Assembly: GCA_012295275.1 (NCBI GenBank)
Contig: CM022669.1
Coordinates: 1,860,001-1,924,000 of the forward strand
From: Chrysomallon squamiferum
Lineage: Eukaryota; Animalia; Mollusca
Reading direction: 5' to 3'
Length of the DNA stretch: 64,000 nucleotides
Part shown: piece by piece, positions 61,701 through 64,000 of the stretch
Numbering within the stretch: the stretch's first letter is position 1
Layout of the letters: each line of letters begins with the position of its first letter
The notes under the pieces: generated by a model
Databases searched by the model: none
What the model was told of the DNA's origin: nothing
What the model saw: the letters and a program-made list of their open reading frames with translations, nothing else
Translations under genes and position numbers: made by a program

Positions 61701-63373
61701 TTAAAAATTAAATAACTGTCTCAGAGAAAAAACTTACTTGCTTCAGGTGGCTCACTACTGAAGGCAGACCATGTCAAATACAAAACATAGAGACTGATTA
61801 CTGAGGCTTGCAACATTCCTGCATTTGGATTGTCTGAAAATTATAACACATTTCTATATGTATTGTAGAAATTAGCAATTATATTTCCTGATTCATTATT
61901 TTTATCCCCAACTAAAATACTTTTAAGAAACAAAAAATATAGAAGTAGTAAATTCATACAATCACTGATAAAATATGCAGTTTAATTCAACTGACACAAA
62001 TATAGATTAAAATTCATTTTTTGTAAACAAAATTATTTCTAAGATAAGTATATATATGGACAATGTATCAAAGTAAGTTGTATCTTTCAAAAATACATAA
62101 TCAAAATATAAGCCAACTGATCACTAAGAAAACAAAGAAATTATTCAGTGTAAAGCATATAAAATATATTTAGATTATTTGTTTTTCAAAGTGAATGACT
62201 TACATTTTTCTGTGCAAGGCAATAGGGTAATGGCAGACATGATAACACAAAGGCTGGTGTTGATGCCTATGATCACTCTGTTTGTGAGGCAGTCATTGAA
62301 AGCATAGTAAATAAACAGCAGAACCACACCAAGAACACACATGATAAAGAATATGACAGCAATAAGAATTGTGGCTGGAATTACAACAGAAAAATATGAA
62401 AGCAGTAAGAATTGTGAATGAAACTACAACTGAAAAATATTAAAGGTGCACGGAATTGTAGCAGGAATTACAATAGAAAAAAATATATGACAGCAACAAA
62501 AACTGAATAAGATGAATAAGATCAGTGGCTGATATTATATTAGAAAATATAACAGGATAATGAAATATGGTTTTATTACAATATTAAAAACAATTATAAT
62601 TAAAATTCAGATGGCAATAAAAATTATAAAAATTGTAAAATAATTTTAAAAACTAAAAAACAACAATAAGTGAATAAGTTAAAATACACCAATAACAATA
62701 GTTCCTGCTAATATAAAAAAAGAAAGAAAAAAAAGAAATTATATGCTGTCATATAAATCTATAAATATAGCAATATTTGTGTGATGAATCCATGCTGAAT
62801 AGTTCTATATTCTTTTTTATCTATTCTGTATTAAACAATTTAAAAGAATTTACTACTGAAAAAGGTTCAGTGAGATATATTTTGAGTTTATCAAAATGTT
62901 AATCAAAACAAAATGAAATACACCATGCATAAGGAACATACCTATATAACCACATTTGTTTTTTCTACCAGATTTTCTTCCTACCCTAAAAATGTAACAT
63001 TTAATTATTATTAGTTATAATATAAATAAAGTCATCTAAATAACGAAACATTAAGATCAGTTTAATACAACAGATCCTTTCTAAATGTAATTCTAGAAGC
63101 CATAGTGGTCATCATACATAAAAAAGGGAAGATAATATTTAGCATTATTTTACTAAAAAATAATTCTCTTATGACGATGTTTCAATACATATATCAACTG
63201 TATTGTTATTGTACTTAAGACATTTGACATTAATTTATGTGTGTTTGTGAGATTTATTAATCTCTGTTAAAACACAAACCATGAGGCATGCCATGAATGT
63301 GTGAAGTCAACGAGTAAAATGAGCTGAAAAAGAATGAAGAGAAAACCTCCTGCCATTCCTATGTACATCAGAT
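58785..63373 (-). CDS. SERINC5: Serine incorporator (SERINC/TDE family, SERINC4/5-like), 3' part; 5' exons lie beyond the window end
   Basis: Exons 63373-63280 ([25 protein letters not shown]), 62985-62942, 62374-62204, 61833-61738 ([23 protein letters not shown]), 61620-61398, 60794-60743, 59953-59917, 59612-59474 ([28 protein letters not shown]), 59142-58785 ([12 protein letters not shown]). The family is clear; the paralog number is approximate. Confidence 0.92.
62350..62570 (-). repeat. Degenerate 43-bp tandem repeat spanning a SERINC acceptor/exon junction
   Basis: AATATGACAGCAATAAGAATTGTGGCTGGAATTACAACAGAAA at 62350, copies at 62393, 62436 and ~62482, fading by ~62570. Confidence 0.8.
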
Positions 63374-63970
63374 CTGGAAAATAATAATTTTAATTATAAA
63401 TACTTAAAAATAAGCAGTAACACCAGTCACTAGATCTATTTTTTTCTAAAAGACAAAATTAACAATTATTTCCATAATCATTACCATTGCTATTACTATT
63501 TGCTACTTATTACATCATGGCAGTATTAACTATAAAAATATCTGTGATACCACTCTCATCAACACTACTACCACTGCTATTGTTTCTTTGCTATTGCTAT
63601 TTGGTTTTACTTATTATATTAATACTGTGCTACAGTTCAACTGAGATAAGTAATTAATTTAGTCTTATTGCAGGTACACCAAAAAACTGATGTCACAAAA
63701 CCCAACCAAAAATTACAAATGTTGTCACACTCGATTCAAATTGCTCCACAAAATTTTCTCTGAATTGTCTTGCCTGCAAAATTATATATGATCTTTTTGT
63801 GTAATTTTGATTGAAGAACAGCTCTACATCCACAATTATAATTAATTTGCATACACTGTCCTTTAGGGAAAAAAAAGGAATTTTACTAACTTCATTCAAA
63901 CAAATTTTAAATTTTTCAACCGAATAACTTCAAACTTTTACTTGACGATATGTATCAAAATAATTCTTTT

Positions 63971-64000
63971 GGGTCATTCCGTGTCAAATCACCCAATGGT
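63971..64000. mobile_element. Terminus of a second copy of the Sola2-like MITE, cut by the window edge
   Basis: GGGTCATTCCGTGTCAAATCACCCAATGGT matches the 14251 terminus apart from a one-base indel. Confidence 0.85.

Noticed and set aside
1-64000. CRISPR arrays, tRNA/rRNA genes, prokaryotic operons
   Set aside because: The DNA is eukaryotic and intron-containing; the repeats have no unique spacers and no tRNA or rRNA was recognised by eye.

Overview
Very AT-rich, intron-rich animal genomic DNA, probably a spiralian such as a mollusc (inferred from protein style and repeats, not proven). Five spliced genes can be rebuilt by hand from splice sites and reading frame: the 3' part of CRTC/TORC (+, 5' exons upstream of the window), eIF3j (-, complete), FAM221B (+, head-to-head with eIF3j, with a frameshift in one exon), MYEF2/hnRNP M (+, complete, with two U12-type introns) and the 3' part of a SERINC gene (-). 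Introns and intergenic DNA hold a Sola2-like MITE with a nested Tc2/pogo-like MITE, a second end of that MITE at the window edge, a fold-back mariner remnant, a MULE transposase remnant and simple repeats. The most interesting signal is a cluster of candidate alternative exons in CRTC (2939-2970, 3666-3701, 3732-3743). Each ends in L-x-R in the phase needed to join the TNSDSALH exon, so each would rewrite the kinase motif of the conserved SIK/AMPK-14-3-3 phospho-serine. Tandem duplications of exon/intron junctions also recur in three genes. All alternative-splicing claims come from sequence alone and need RNA evidence.
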